Source: an uncultured Bacteroidota bacterium
GTDB lineage: Bacteria; Bacteroidota; Bacteroidia; Bacteroidales; VadinHA17
NCBI GenBank assembly: GCA_963843415.1
Contig: CAWJKD010000002.1
Location: 770,400 to 834,399 of the forward strand
Direction of reading: 5' to 3'
DNA: 64,000 nt
Part shown: positions 45,441-54,561 of the stretch, one piece after another
Layout of the letters: each line of letters opens with the position of its first letter
Position numbering within the stretch: position 1 is the first letter of the stretch
The notes under the pieces: model-generated
Told to the model about the DNA's origin: nothing
What the model saw: the letters and a program-made list of their open reading frames with translations, nothing else
Databases searched by the model: none
Position numbers and translations under genes: made by a program

Positions 45441-46673
45441 TTATTTCATGTTCTTCCAGAATTTTTCTTCCAATAACTTCAAATCCCTGATTTTCTTTCT
45501 CTCGAGAAGGGCATAAAATATTATCACAATAGTTCCAGCTAACAGGATCCCAAGGAGCAGATACCTGAATATCTCAGAAGTGCCTTCTTCCGGAGTAATA
45601 AAAGTTATGTCGGAGGATGAACCCGCAATGATCTTATGTCCCACTTCTATATTGAAAATATTTTTAATAAAGAATAGTGAGAAAAAAGTAAGAAGCCCTG
45701 AAATTACAGGTGTTATGATCCACCCGAGAGCAATTTCACCAAGCAGCTTAAAATTAATGTTTCTGGCTCCTTTGTAGAGTCCTATCCCAACCACACATCC
45801 TACTATTACCTGAGTACTGGACACCGGGACCATTGGGATAGGAGGGAGGCCTGCACGGACAAAAAGATTTGAAAGAGCAGTAGATGAAAAAATAAACAGT
45901 ACAAGTGATTGTGCCAGGACAATTACCATTGCAGCTTCACCTGAGATTTGAATAATGTTCTCTCCAACAGTCTCCATAACCTTTTTTGAATAGGTTATAA
46001 TTCCAACCGAAATCGCAAGTCCTCCTAAAAGAAATAACTGTTGGCTTGAAGAAAGAGAAAATAATCCGAGGTCAAGCTCATTCAGATTAAATGCCGGAAC
46101 AAAAACACCCATTACGTTTGCAATATTATTTGCACCCAGACTAAATGACCCGAACGCTCCTGCGATGATCAGTCCTTTCCGTATGAGTGACTCAAATCTT
46201 ATAAGGTGAATTCCTGCTGTTCTTTTTATGCGGTTAATAAGTATAAATAGCAAAATTGAAAAGATAGCCCCCAGAACCGGGCCAAATACCCATGTTGAAA
46301 CAATTTTAGTCAGGGTGGCCGAATCAGTCCTGTTACCGGTAAAAAGGTTCCAGCCGATTATCGCACCGACAATGGCCTGTGTCGTTGATACCGGAAGTGA
46401 GAACTTTGTCATGGCATAGACCGTTATAGCTGCAGCAAGAGCCAGAGTAAACGAACCTCCCAGCGCATTTACAGCTCCCAGCTTACCTAATGTAATTGAG
46501 GTCCCGGATCCCTGTACAACAGATCCGAGGATAACAGCAATTGAGGCAATGATGGCTGCCTTACGAAATGTCAGCATTTTAGATCCAACAGCTGAACCAA
46601 AAACATTGGAAGCATCATTGGCACCCAGTGACCAGCCCAGGAATAATCCGCTTGTTAAAAAGAGAAGTATCAT
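45441..46673 (-). CDS. inorganic phosphate transporter, PiT family
   Basis: GANDASNVFG and a second GANNIANVMG signature. About 10 TM segments. Confidence 0.9.
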   Translation of the reverse strand: MILLFLTSGLFLGWSLGANDASNVFGSAVGSKMLTFRKAAIIASIAVILGSVVQGSGTSITLGKLGAVNALGGSFTLALAAAITVYAMTKFSLPVSTTQAIVGAIIGWNLFTGNRTDSATLTKIVSTWVFGPVLGAIFSILLFILINRIKRTAGIHLIRFESLIRKGLIIAGAFGSFSLGANNIANVMGVFVPAFNLNELDLGLFSLSSSQQLFLLGGLAISVGIITYSKKVMETVGENIIQISGEAAMVIVLAQSLVLFIFSSTALSNLFVRAGLPPIPMVPVSSTQVIVGCVVGIGLYKGARNINFKLLGEIALGWIITPVISGLLTFFSLFFIKNIFNIEVGHKIIAGSSSDITFITPEEGTSEIFRYLLLGILLAGTIVIIFYALLERKKIRDLKLLEEKFWKNMK

Positions 46674-46681
46674 TAAATCCG

Positions 46682-47332
46682 TTACAAAATTAGTTTAATT
46701 GCCATCGCCGAAAGAAGATCTGCAGCTTTTTGAGCCAGATCAGAAATATTCTCGACGTGGTGAATAATATATCTCAGATGAGCTTTGTGAGCAAGATCTA
46801 ATTCATTCATATCCTGGAAGATAGTTGTTTTGATCCTTCTTGAGATTTTATCTGTTTCACTTTCAAAATAATAGACTTTCAACAGTTTTTCCCTTACTGT
46901 ATGAGGTGCACGGAAATACGCTCTGGCTGCAGGTATAAGCTCCTCGGCAGAAGAGAGAGATGAATCTGTAAGACTTATGAAGCTCTTGTTAAGTGATTCG
47001 GGTATATCAGGCAATTCGATGCTAAATTCATTCAATGAACTTTTTAAAACGTCAATTATCTCGTCGAGCTCATCAATGAGCTTTGTTACTTCTTCCCTGT
47101 GCTGGGGTAAAATTGAATGAGTGATCATCTCATTTTGAATAGCCCTCTGAAGTTTGTCAGCATTGCTCTCAAGGGTCTCAAGTTTCTGGATATGTCTCCG
47201 GAAATCTTCTTTATCCTTTTGCAGATATGATTTTATGCCTTCTCTGAATACAAGCAACCCAATCTCAACATTGTCAAAAAATTCATCAATTTTCAGGATC
47301 AGGTTCTTTGTTGTCCGGGTAAATACAGCCAT
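46682..47332 (-). CDS. DUF47-family (PhoU-like) phosphate transport regulator
   Basis: 216 aa helical protein immediately upstream of the PiT gene (8-nt gap), the standard DUF47-PiT pairing. Confidence 0.8.
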   Translation of the reverse strand: MAVFTRTTKNLILKIDEFFDNVEIGLLVFREGIKSYLQKDKEDFRRHIQKLETLESNADKLQRAIQNEMITHSILPQHREEVTKLIDELDEIIDVLKSSLNEFSIELPDIPESLNKSFISLTDSSLSSAEELIPAARAYFRAPHTVREKLLKVYYFESETDKISRRIKTTIFQDMNELDLAHKAHLRYIIHHVENISDLAQKAADLLSAMAIKLIL

Positions 47333-47386
47333 AATATTTCGTTGTAGGTTAGAATATCAAAAATAGGATTATTTGGTTAATGGAAT

Positions 47387-48757
47387 TCAGAAATCAAGAA
47401 TTTTTTCGACCCTGTTATTTCTCAGGTAGCTTTTCAGAATAACCTGTATGTCACGGTTATCGGATGCAGGTTTAATACAGTCATGTACAGCCGCAAGTCC
47501 AAATCCGATCTCATTTATGTTGAAATAGCCATATCCGATATATTTACCGTTAATAATTTTAACAGCACTTCTTTCTTCTTCATTTCTCCCTTTGTCAATT
47601 ATGAGGAAGTTCCTTCGTGCAAAAACAAATTCTTCACTTGCTTTGAATGCTCTCTCATTGTAAACAGATGATGACTCCTTGCCACAGCAAGCCCCTCTGC
47701 AAATACCGACCTGATATTGAAAGCAGGGTCCGTTACATTCATATAGACCGGCGAGTTTCTGACAAAGTTCATAAGTCTCAACAAGTGATGTGAGTTTTGA
47801 TTTTGCTCTTGCTCTGGAAGTAAAAACAGAGAGTGGATTCTCCTCTGAGTCGATAGTACCATATTTAAAATTGAGGTATCCTTCATTATCGGTAAAGCTG
47901 TATATGCCCCACTGAAAACCGGACCTCCTTTGAGCCCTGTTGTAAAATGGTTTGTTATCTTTTATCTCAAATGATTCTCTCAGGAGAGCAATCAGTTCAC
48001 TTCCAGTGGGTTCCCAATCAATATCGGCTATCAGGTCCCTCATTTCCATAGCACGGTTTGTTGTATTATTGGAAAGATGTGTGCTGATCCTTTGCTGAAG
48101 ATTACGGCTCTTCCCAATATATATCAGATCACCTTCTTCGTTATAGAGATAGTAAATACCGGGTTCATCAGGAATGGATTCTATCTTTGAAATATTAAGT
48201 TTTGGATTGAGTTTTGAAATTCTTGTATTTCGGATAAGATCGGATCTGTTTCCATTAATTTCCCGGTCCGTTTTAAGAAGTATTTCGAAAAGTTTTACTG
48301 TTGCAAGGGCATCTCCTGCAGCCCTGTGCCTGCCGTTTATCTCAATCTTCAGATCATTGCATATGTTACCGAGACTATAGGAGCGGTGTCCCGGGAACAG
48401 TTTCCTGCTAAGTGCAACAGTGTCAATTATGTTTCTTTTGAAATTATAACCGAGTGATTTAAATTCCTGTCGGATGAATGAGTAATCAAACCGTGCGTTA
48501 TGGGCGACGAAAGTCCTTCCTTCAGTTAGTTCGACAATTGTCCGTGCGATCTCATAGAAACGAGGTGCATTTTCAACCATCTCATTAGTAATTCCAGTAA
48601 GATTAGTGATGAAATATGGAATATTTCTTTCGGGATTGACAAGTGAAACAAATTCATCGGTCACCTTATTACCATCGTGAAGATATACAGCAACTTCGGT
48701 TATCCTTTCAAGTTTTGCACTGCCACCTGTGGTCTCAATGTCTATTATAGCAAACAT
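47387..48757 (-). CDS. DnaQ-like 3'-5' exonuclease fused to GIY-YIG (Cho/UvrC-N-like) nuclease domain
   Basis: Exo I motif FAIIDIETTG and Exo III region H.A..DA. A central GIYYLYNEEGDLIYIGKS...R GIY-YIG block. I prefer the ATG at 48757. Confidence 0.8.
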   Translation of the reverse strand: MFAIIDIETTGGSAKLERITEVAVYLHDGNKVTDEFVSLVNPERNIPYFITNLTGITNEMVENAPRFYEIARTIVELTEGRTFVAHNARFDYSFIRQEFKSLGYNFKRNIIDTVALSRKLFPGHRSYSLGNICNDLKIEINGRHRAAGDALATVKLFEILLKTDREINGNRSDLIRNTRISKLNPKLNISKIESIPDEPGIYYLYNEEGDLIYIGKSRNLQQRISTHLSNNTTNRAMEMRDLIADIDWEPTGSELIALLRESFEIKDNKPFYNRAQRRSGFQWGIYSFTDNEGYLNFKYGTIDSEENPLSVFTSRARAKSKLTSLVETYELCQKLAGLYECNGPCFQYQVGICRGACCGKESSSVYNERAFKASEEFVFARRNFLIIDKGRNEEERSAVKIINGKYIGYGYFNINEIGFGLAAVHDCIKPASDNRDIQVILKSYLRNNRVEKILDF

Positions 48758-48827
48758 GTTAAGAATCTGCATCGGGTAAGCAGTTACGAATATAGTTACA
48801 AAAGGGGGCAGAGTGGTTAATAGTTTG

Positions 48828-48835
48828 TATTTTTG
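48828..48835 (+). promoter_or_regulatory. candidate -7 box TATTTTTG
   Basis: TAnnTTTG match 20 nt upstream of the ATG at 48855. Confidence 0.35.
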
Positions 48836-48854
48836 TTCTTAAATACACAAAGTT

Positions 48855-49688
48855 ATGAATGAGTGTTTCGGCCGAAGATTCATACTCAACGGAAAGATGG
48901 AGTCTTCAGATTCATTTGATAATTCACTTGTTTACGAGGGTGATTCAATCTACGAAGTCATCAGGATGGTGAAAGGTAATCCTGTATTTTTCCATGATCA
49001 TATGGACCGTTTGTCGTCGAGTGCAAGAATGCAGGGGAAGAAGATGCTGGCTGATCTTGATACGCTGAAGAAAGATATAATCAATCTCTCAAAAACCGAG
49101 AAGAAGAAAGATATAAATCTCAAAATCGTGTTCAACTATAGCATGGATATTGTCAACTACCTGGTCTATTTTATCGAACCTATATATCCCTCCATAGAAC
49201 AATATCGTAATGGTGTAAAAGGTATTCTGTTCTATGCAGAGAGGAAAGATCCGGCTTCGAAGGTTATAAATCATAAGCTTCGTTCTTCAATTTTTCAAAG
49301 GCTTATTCTGGACGGAGGTTATGAGGCGTTGCTCGTTAATGAAAAGGGACAGATTACTGAAGGGAGCAGGTCAAATATTTTCTTCATGACCGGAGAAACA
49401 CTTGTAACTGCACCTGAAGGGATGATACTGAATGGAATAACAAGGAAGTATATACTTGAAATCTGTAAGGAAAACAAAATCAGGGTAAAACTGGAGTGTG
49501 TCAGTTCTGATTCTATCGGAAGCTATGAAGCAGTTTTTATGACCGGGACTTCTCCAATAGTACTTCCTTTCCATCATATTGATGAAAAGCCTTTCAATGT
49601 GCGGGTGCCATTAATCGAAAACCTGCGTAAACTGTATTTGATTAAAGCCGAAGAGAGCATAATCAGATTCAGATCAAAAAAGAGCTGA
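48855..49688 (+). CDS. class IV (fold type IV) PLP aminotransferase / aminodeoxychorismate lyase-like
   Basis: EGSRSNIFF...LVTAP....LNGITR block, typical of the class IV family. Confidence 0.75.
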   Translation: MNECFGRRFILNGKMESSDSFDNSLVYEGDSIYEVIRMVKGNPVFFHDHMDRLSSSARMQGKKMLADLDTLKKDIINLSKTEKKKDINLKIVFNYSMDIVNYLVYFIEPIYPSIEQYRNGVKGILFYAERKDPASKVINHKLRSSIFQRLILDGGYEALLVNEKGQITEGSRSNIFFMTGETLVTAPEGMILNGITRKYILEICKENKIRVKLECVSSDSIGSYEAVFMTGTSPIVLPFHHIDEKPFNVRVPLIENLRKLYLIKAEESIIRFRSKKS

Positions 49689-49733
49689 AACAATTGTAAA
49701 TTTTTATTATGTTAAACACAAATAAATATTAAA

Positions 49734-50030
49734 ATGGCAAGTATAAGAGGATTAAAAAAACAGATTGATTCGCGTTTGTATGAAGTGATCGCCGATTGTT
49801 TTACATTTTCAACTCTTCATCCCGATAAAAAATCTGATGAAGTAACCGGCATTATTTCTGATGCTGTCAATTTCAGAAATGAACTCATGCTCAGAGTCAA
49901 CAATTCTGCTCCTGGAAATGATCCGAAGGGGATCAGAGACCATTATAAAATGATCAGCAATGATATTGACAAGGGAGTTGATAAATTGTTCGAACGTCTC
50001 AGTTCTTTATCGAAGACGAAAAAGAAGTAA
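49734..50030 (+). CDS. hypothetical protein (98 aa)
   Basis: ORF only, predicted helical. Its 3' end overlaps the convergent radical SAM gene by 32 nt. Confidence 0.4.
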   Translation: MASIRGLKKQIDSRLYEVIADCFTFSTLHPDKKSDEVTGIISDAVNFRNELMLRVNNSAPGNDPKGIRDHYKMISNDIDKGVDKLFERLSSLSKTKKK

Positions 50031-51048
50031 AGTTTTTGTAGATATGGGTACCGCAACCTGTACATTTCCCTTTCTGATCAAGATTCTGGAGCTTGATATT
50101 GTATCCTGATCTCTTTGTCACAACCCTATCGCATTTCGGACATTTTGTATTCTGTCCCGATTCGGAGGTCATATTCCCGTTATACACATAGGTGAGATGC
50201 TGCGAGGCAATTTCCCCTAGCCTTTTTATTAAATCCGGTGGTGTGGCCGGGTCTTCCCGTCTGTACATCGGAAAGTACCGGCTCAGGTGAAATGGAACAT
50301 CTTTGCCAAGTTCCCCTGCGATCCATTCAGCTTCCAGAGCCATATCTTTTTCGGTATCATTAAGTCCGGGAATAACAAGTGTGGTAATTTCAAGATGCTT
50401 TTCGGATTTGGCTATCCTTCTGAGACTTTGTTTGACAGATTCAAGGTCAGCTCCGGTCAACTGCTTATAAAAGTCATTATTAAAAGCCTTTAGGTCAATA
50501 TTGAATGCGTCTGTGAATGAAATTATTTCATCCAGAGGCTCCTCATTAACATATCCGTTGCTAACCAGAACAGTCCTTAAACCTTTCTTCTTTGCCTTTA
50601 AGGCTACGTCACGGATGAACTCAAACCAGATGACAGGTTCATTGTAAGTAAATGCTATACCAATGTTGTGAAGTGCATTTGTGGCTTCTTTCAGGATTTT
50701 TTCCGGTTCAATTCTTGTTGTGAATCCCGCTGCTGTGCGCTGCGAAATAGTATAATTCTGACAAAAGTCACAATGCATATTGCAGCCGTAAGAACCCATT
50801 GACAGGATATTCATTCCCGGAAAGTAGTGATATAAGGGTTTCTTTTCAATAGGATCCAGGGCATAGCCTGAGATGACGCCATATGTTATTAATTCTATCT
50901 TACCACCGACATTTTTTCTGGCGCCGCAGATGCCGGATTTCCCTTCGCCGATAATACATTTATGAGGACAGAGAAGGCATTGAACAGCGTTGCCAATATT
51001 TTTAAACAGAGTCACCATCGCTGACTTATTACTAATTTTTGATTTCAA
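49999..51048 (-). CDS. amrS: AmmeMemoRadiSam-system radical SAM enzyme (PFL-activase-like)
   Basis: N-terminal VQCLLCPHKCII.EG..G.C..R, radical SAM CNMHCDFCQN, and a C-terminal Cys pairs (CPKC...CTGC). The start may be the internal ATG at 51018. Confidence 0.75.
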   Translation of the reverse strand: MKSKISNKSAMVTLFKNIGNAVQCLLCPHKCIIGEGKSGICGARKNVGGKIELITYGVISGYALDPIEKKPLYHYFPGMNILSMGSYGCNMHCDFCQNYTISQRTAAGFTTRIEPEKILKEATNALHNIGIAFTYNEPVIWFEFIRDVALKAKKKGLRTVLVSNGYVNEEPLDEIISFTDAFNIDLKAFNNDFYKQLTGADLESVKQSLRRIAKSEKHLEITTLVIPGLNDTEKDMALEAEWIAGELGKDVPFHLSRYFPMYRREDPATPPDLIKRLGEIASQHLTYVYNGNMTSESGQNTKCPKCDRVVTKRSGYNIKLQNLDQKGKCTGCGTHIYKNFTSFSSSIKN

Positions 51049-51496
51049 AAGAAATATTATTCATCCGGGCAAAATTCAACAATTCCTTTTTAACCGGATC
51101 GATGATCTCCGGATAATTTGTGCCAAACCGTAAGGCTATCTTCCTTTTGCCACTTGTATGGAAATTAATGTTCATCGGGTACGACTCTATCTTTTCAATC
51201 TGAGAAGCCTTAAGCACAACTTTTGGGAGCACAGGATTCTTTTTCAGTATTATTTCCTGAGGAGTGATTGAAATATATTTTTTTGTTTTTCCAAGTCCTG
51301 CAAAGATCAGATAGATACCAAATACTGAAAGCAGTATTGTTGTTATCCACAGATTCCTGTCAGCTTTTAGTGATTGAACATTAAAAACAATCCAGAAAAC
51401 AGCAATTGCGATACAAACTATACCAAAGATAATCTGGAAGATCCTTATCAACAATGGATTTTCTTTTGGATCGAGAAAGAGAGGCGCCTTTTCCAT
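51032..51496 (-). CDS. hypothetical membrane protein (two TM segments plus small soluble domain)
   Basis: Two adjacent hydrophobic helices followed by a ~80 aa bPH-like beta-rich tail. The gene abuts or overlaps the radical SAM gene. Confidence 0.5.
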   Translation of the reverse strand: MEKAPLFLDPKENPLLIRIFQIIFGIVCIAIAVFWIVFNVQSLKADRNLWITTILLSVFGIYLIFAGLGKTKKYISITPQEIILKKNPVLPKVVLKASQIEKIESYPMNINFHTSGKRKIALRFGTNYPEIIDPVKKELLNFARMNNISFEIKN

Positions 51497-51623
51497 TTCA
51501 ATATATTTCTGGTGTTACGTTATTGTTTCACAAAGTAATAGATAAAATATTTAGAATGCGACCTTATACTAATCAAATTGATTTCATTATATTTATCAAT
51601 CGTTAAAATTAAACCTACCTGAT

Positions 51624-53105
51624 ATGAAAGAGAATGATAAAAACATTTCGCGCCGGACATTTATTGAGACTACCGGTGCGGTAGCTACAGGTCTGACCAT
51701 ACTGCCAAGCTCGGTTATTGGAGGCCTCGGTAAAAGACCTCCAAGTGACAAACTGAATATTGCTGTGGTTGGGATCGGTGGAATGGGAAATTCAAATCTC
51801 AAGGCAGTTAAAGGAACCGAGAATATCGTTGCCCTCTGCGATGTGGACTGGGCTTATTCAAAAGTGGTCTTTGCTGAAAATCCTCAGGCAAAAGCTTACT
51901 GGGACTGGCGTAAAATGTATGATGAGATGGGAAAATCGATAGATGCAGTAATAGTTGCTACTGCCGATCATTCTCATGCTATAGTGGCTGCAACGGCAAT
52001 AACCCTTGGAAAACACGTGTATGTGCAAAAGCCACTTACTCATTCTGTTTATGAATCCAGGTTGCTTACAAGGCTGGCTGCAAAATATAAAGTTGCTACC
52101 CAGATGGGGAATCAGGGTTCTTCAGCTGAAGGAGTTAATCTTACAAAAGAATGGATACAGAATGGTGAAATTGGTGAAGTCAGAAAAGTTGAATCATTCA
52201 CTGATCGTCCTATCTGGCCGCAGGGACTTAATGTTCCAAAAGGTGAGTGGGTCCCTGACACTCTTAACTGGGACCTCTTTATAGGTCCGGCTAAAATGCG
52301 TCCATATAATAGTTTGTATACACCCTGGAACTGGCGCGGATGGTGGGACTTTGGCACAGGAGCTCTTGGAGATATGGCATGCCATATCCTTCATCCTGTT
52401 TTTAAAAGCCTGCGGCTTCAATACCCTGTAAAAGCTCAGGGAAGTTCAACTTTATTACTGACAGATTGCGCACCAAACGCACAAATGGTAAAACTTACTT
52501 ACCCCGAAAGAGTTGCACCAAAAGGATCAAAAATCAAATATCCCCAGGTTGAAGTTATCTGGTACGACGGTGGTTTACAGCCTACAAAACCTGACGGCTG
52601 GCCGGCCGGGAAAGATATGAATAACAATGGGGGAGCAGTCCTGTTCCATGGCACAAAGGATATTCTTCACTGCGGTTGTTATGGCCGTGATCCCTGGCTG
52701 CTGTCAGGTCGTATTCCATCAGTTCCTAAAACGGAACGAAGAGTGGAAATCTCCCACGAGATGGATTGGGTCCGTGCATGTAAAGAGAACCCGGAAAGCA
52801 GAGTCGCTTCCAAATCTGACTTTGCAGAAGCTGGTCCTTTCAACGAAATGGTCGTGATGGGCGTACTTGCTGTCAGATTACAGGGATTGAATAAAGAACT
52901 CTTATGGAACGGAGAAAAAATGGAGTTCACTAATATAAGCGATGCAGATAATGTAAGACTTACGATCTCAGATAACTTTACAATTGTTGACGGAGATCCT
53001 AAATTCGACAGACCAAACATTACGATGAACGCAAGACAGTTTGCCTCTGAGATGGTTAAACATAACTACCGTCAGGGCTGGTCTCTTCCTGATATGCCTT
53101 TATAA
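51624..53105 (+). CDS. Tat-signal Gfo/Idh/MocA-family oxidoreductase (candidate periplasmic glycoside 3-dehydrogenase)
   Basis: Twin-arginine signal SRRTFIETTGAVATG. Rossmann start NIAVVGIGGMGNSN. Conserved VYVQKPL block. Confidence 0.85.
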   Translation: MKENDKNISRRTFIETTGAVATGLTILPSSVIGGLGKRPPSDKLNIAVVGIGGMGNSNLKAVKGTENIVALCDVDWAYSKVVFAENPQAKAYWDWRKMYDEMGKSIDAVIVATADHSHAIVAATAITLGKHVYVQKPLTHSVYESRLLTRLAAKYKVATQMGNQGSSAEGVNLTKEWIQNGEIGEVRKVESFTDRPIWPQGLNVPKGEWVPDTLNWDLFIGPAKMRPYNSLYTPWNWRGWWDFGTGALGDMACHILHPVFKSLRLQYPVKAQGSSTLLLTDCAPNAQMVKLTYPERVAPKGSKIKYPQVEVIWYDGGLQPTKPDGWPAGKDMNNNGGAVLFHGTKDILHCGCYGRDPWLLSGRIPSVPKTERRVEISHEMDWVRACKENPESRVASKSDFAEAGPFNEMVVMGVLAVRLQGLNKELLWNGEKMEFTNISDADNVRLTISDNFTIVDGDPKFDRPNITMNARQFASEMVKHNYRQGWSLPDMPL

Positions 53106-53130
53106 TTCTAATCTAAATAAATTAAACATT

Positions 53131-53868
53131 ATGAAAATAATTAGTGTTCTTTTATCGTGTGTACTTGTCATTGGACTGGTTACATCATGTATATCAAAGA
53201 CAAAAGAAAAAGGAAAAACCTCTGCAGAGGTTACTGATAAAGGCTGGGTTTCACTTTTCGATGGTCAAACCACAACCGGATGGAGAGGATATAATTCTAC
53301 TGCTTTCCCAAGGGCTTACTGGGATATTGTTGATAGTTCATTACATTGCTTTGGAGTAGGAAAGGGTACCATGACAGGCACCGACCTTATCACTGAAAAG
53401 AAATTTGAAAATTATGAACTCTCACTGGAATGGAAGATTTCAGAGGGTGGCAACAGCGGGATATTTATTTTTGTTCAGGAAGTTCCGGATACAACAATTT
53501 ATATGTCATCTCCGGAGATTCAGGTTCTCGATAATCAAAGACATCCTGATGCTACTGCCGGAGTAAATGGCAACCATCAGTCAGGTTCATTATACGATAT
53601 GATCCCTGCAGTTCCTCAGAATGCAAAACCGGCAGGGGAATGGAATCAGGTCGGAATTTTGGTAAATAATGGGCAGGTTGTTGTAAAACAAAACGGAGTT
53701 AATGTTGTCAGCTTCGATGTTAACTCTGCAGAATGGAAACAAATGTGTGCCGACTCAAAATTCAAAGACTGGAAAAGGTTTGTTAATCCTGCCAGAATTG
53801 GGAATATTGGTCTTCAGGACCATGGTTTTGAAGTCTGGTACAGAAATATCAGGATCAGAGAATTGTAA
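53131..53868 (+). CDS. DUF1080 (3-keto-disaccharide hydrolase-like) domain protein
   Basis: Lipoprotein-type signal (VTSC). GWVSLFDGQTTTGW, SGIF and IGLQDHG....YRNIRI blocks are typical of DUF1080. I chose the ATG at 53131. Confidence 0.8.
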   Translation: MKIISVLLSCVLVIGLVTSCISKTKEKGKTSAEVTDKGWVSLFDGQTTTGWRGYNSTAFPRAYWDIVDSSLHCFGVGKGTMTGTDLITEKKFENYELSLEWKISEGGNSGIFIFVQEVPDTTIYMSSPEIQVLDNQRHPDATAGVNGNHQSGSLYDMIPAVPQNAKPAGEWNQVGILVNNGQVVVKQNGVNVVSFDVNSAEWKQMCADSKFKDWKRFVNPARIGNIGLQDHGFEVWYRNIRIREL

Positions 53869-53894
53869 CAGGGTTTTGAATACTCACAAAAACT

Positions 53895-53938
53895 CCCCCT
53901 CTATCCTGCACCTGCGGATAGAGGGGGTTTATTTATTT
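53895..53938. terminator. bidirectional rho-independent terminator (ccccctctatcc tgcacctgc ggatagaggggg + tttatttattt)
   Basis: A 12-bp perfect GC-rich stem with an A-run before it and a T-run after it. Lies between convergent genes. Confidence 0.85.
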
Positions 53939-54502
53939 CAATCCAATCTCAGCCGCAACTTCCCGCATTCCCATAATACAGTCAGTTATAAGGTCGTCGA
54001 GAGATACTCCAAGCATAGAAGCTCCTTTTTCAATGACTGCTCTGTCAACACCTGCGGCAAATCGTTTATCATTCCATTTTTTCTTAACCGACCTGGCCTC
54101 CATGTCGAGAACACTTTTTGAAGGTCTGACAAGAGCGCTCGTCACAACAAGTCCGGTAAGTTCGTCAATTGCATAGAGTGTTTTTTCAAGTAATGTAACC
54201 GGCTCCACATCCGATACAAGACCCCATCCATGGCTTACAACTGCCCTTATATAGTCAGATGGCCAGCTGTTATCTTCCAGTATCCTGTTTGTCATGGTAC
54301 AGTGTTGTTCAGGATACATTTCATAATCAAGATCATGTACCAGGCCTATAACTCCCCACTTTTCCTCATTTTCACCAGATTTCCTGGCCATGTATCGCAT
54401 GACACCTTCTACAGCAAGAGCATGTTTCAGCAGGCTTTCTGTTTTGTTATACTTTTTAAACAGCTCAAGGGCTGTTTCCCTTGTTGGTATTTCAGGTGAC
54501 AT
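53933..54502 (-). CDS. HD-domain phosphohydrolase
   Basis: LLKHALAVEGVM (His) followed by GLVHDLDYE (HD). Confidence 0.7.
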   Translation of the reverse strand: MSPEIPTRETALELFKKYNKTESLLKHALAVEGVMRYMARKSGENEEKWGVIGLVHDLDYEMYPEQHCTMTNRILEDNSWPSDYIRAVVSHGWGLVSDVEPVTLLEKTLYAIDELTGLVVTSALVRPSKSVLDMEARSVKKKWNDKRFAAGVDRAVIEKGASMLGVSLDDLITDCIMGMREVAAEIGLK

Positions 54503-54561
54503 CTCCTTATAAGATTTTTTGTAAAAGCTAATTTATTCCGTTGAAATAATTAAATCCATTA

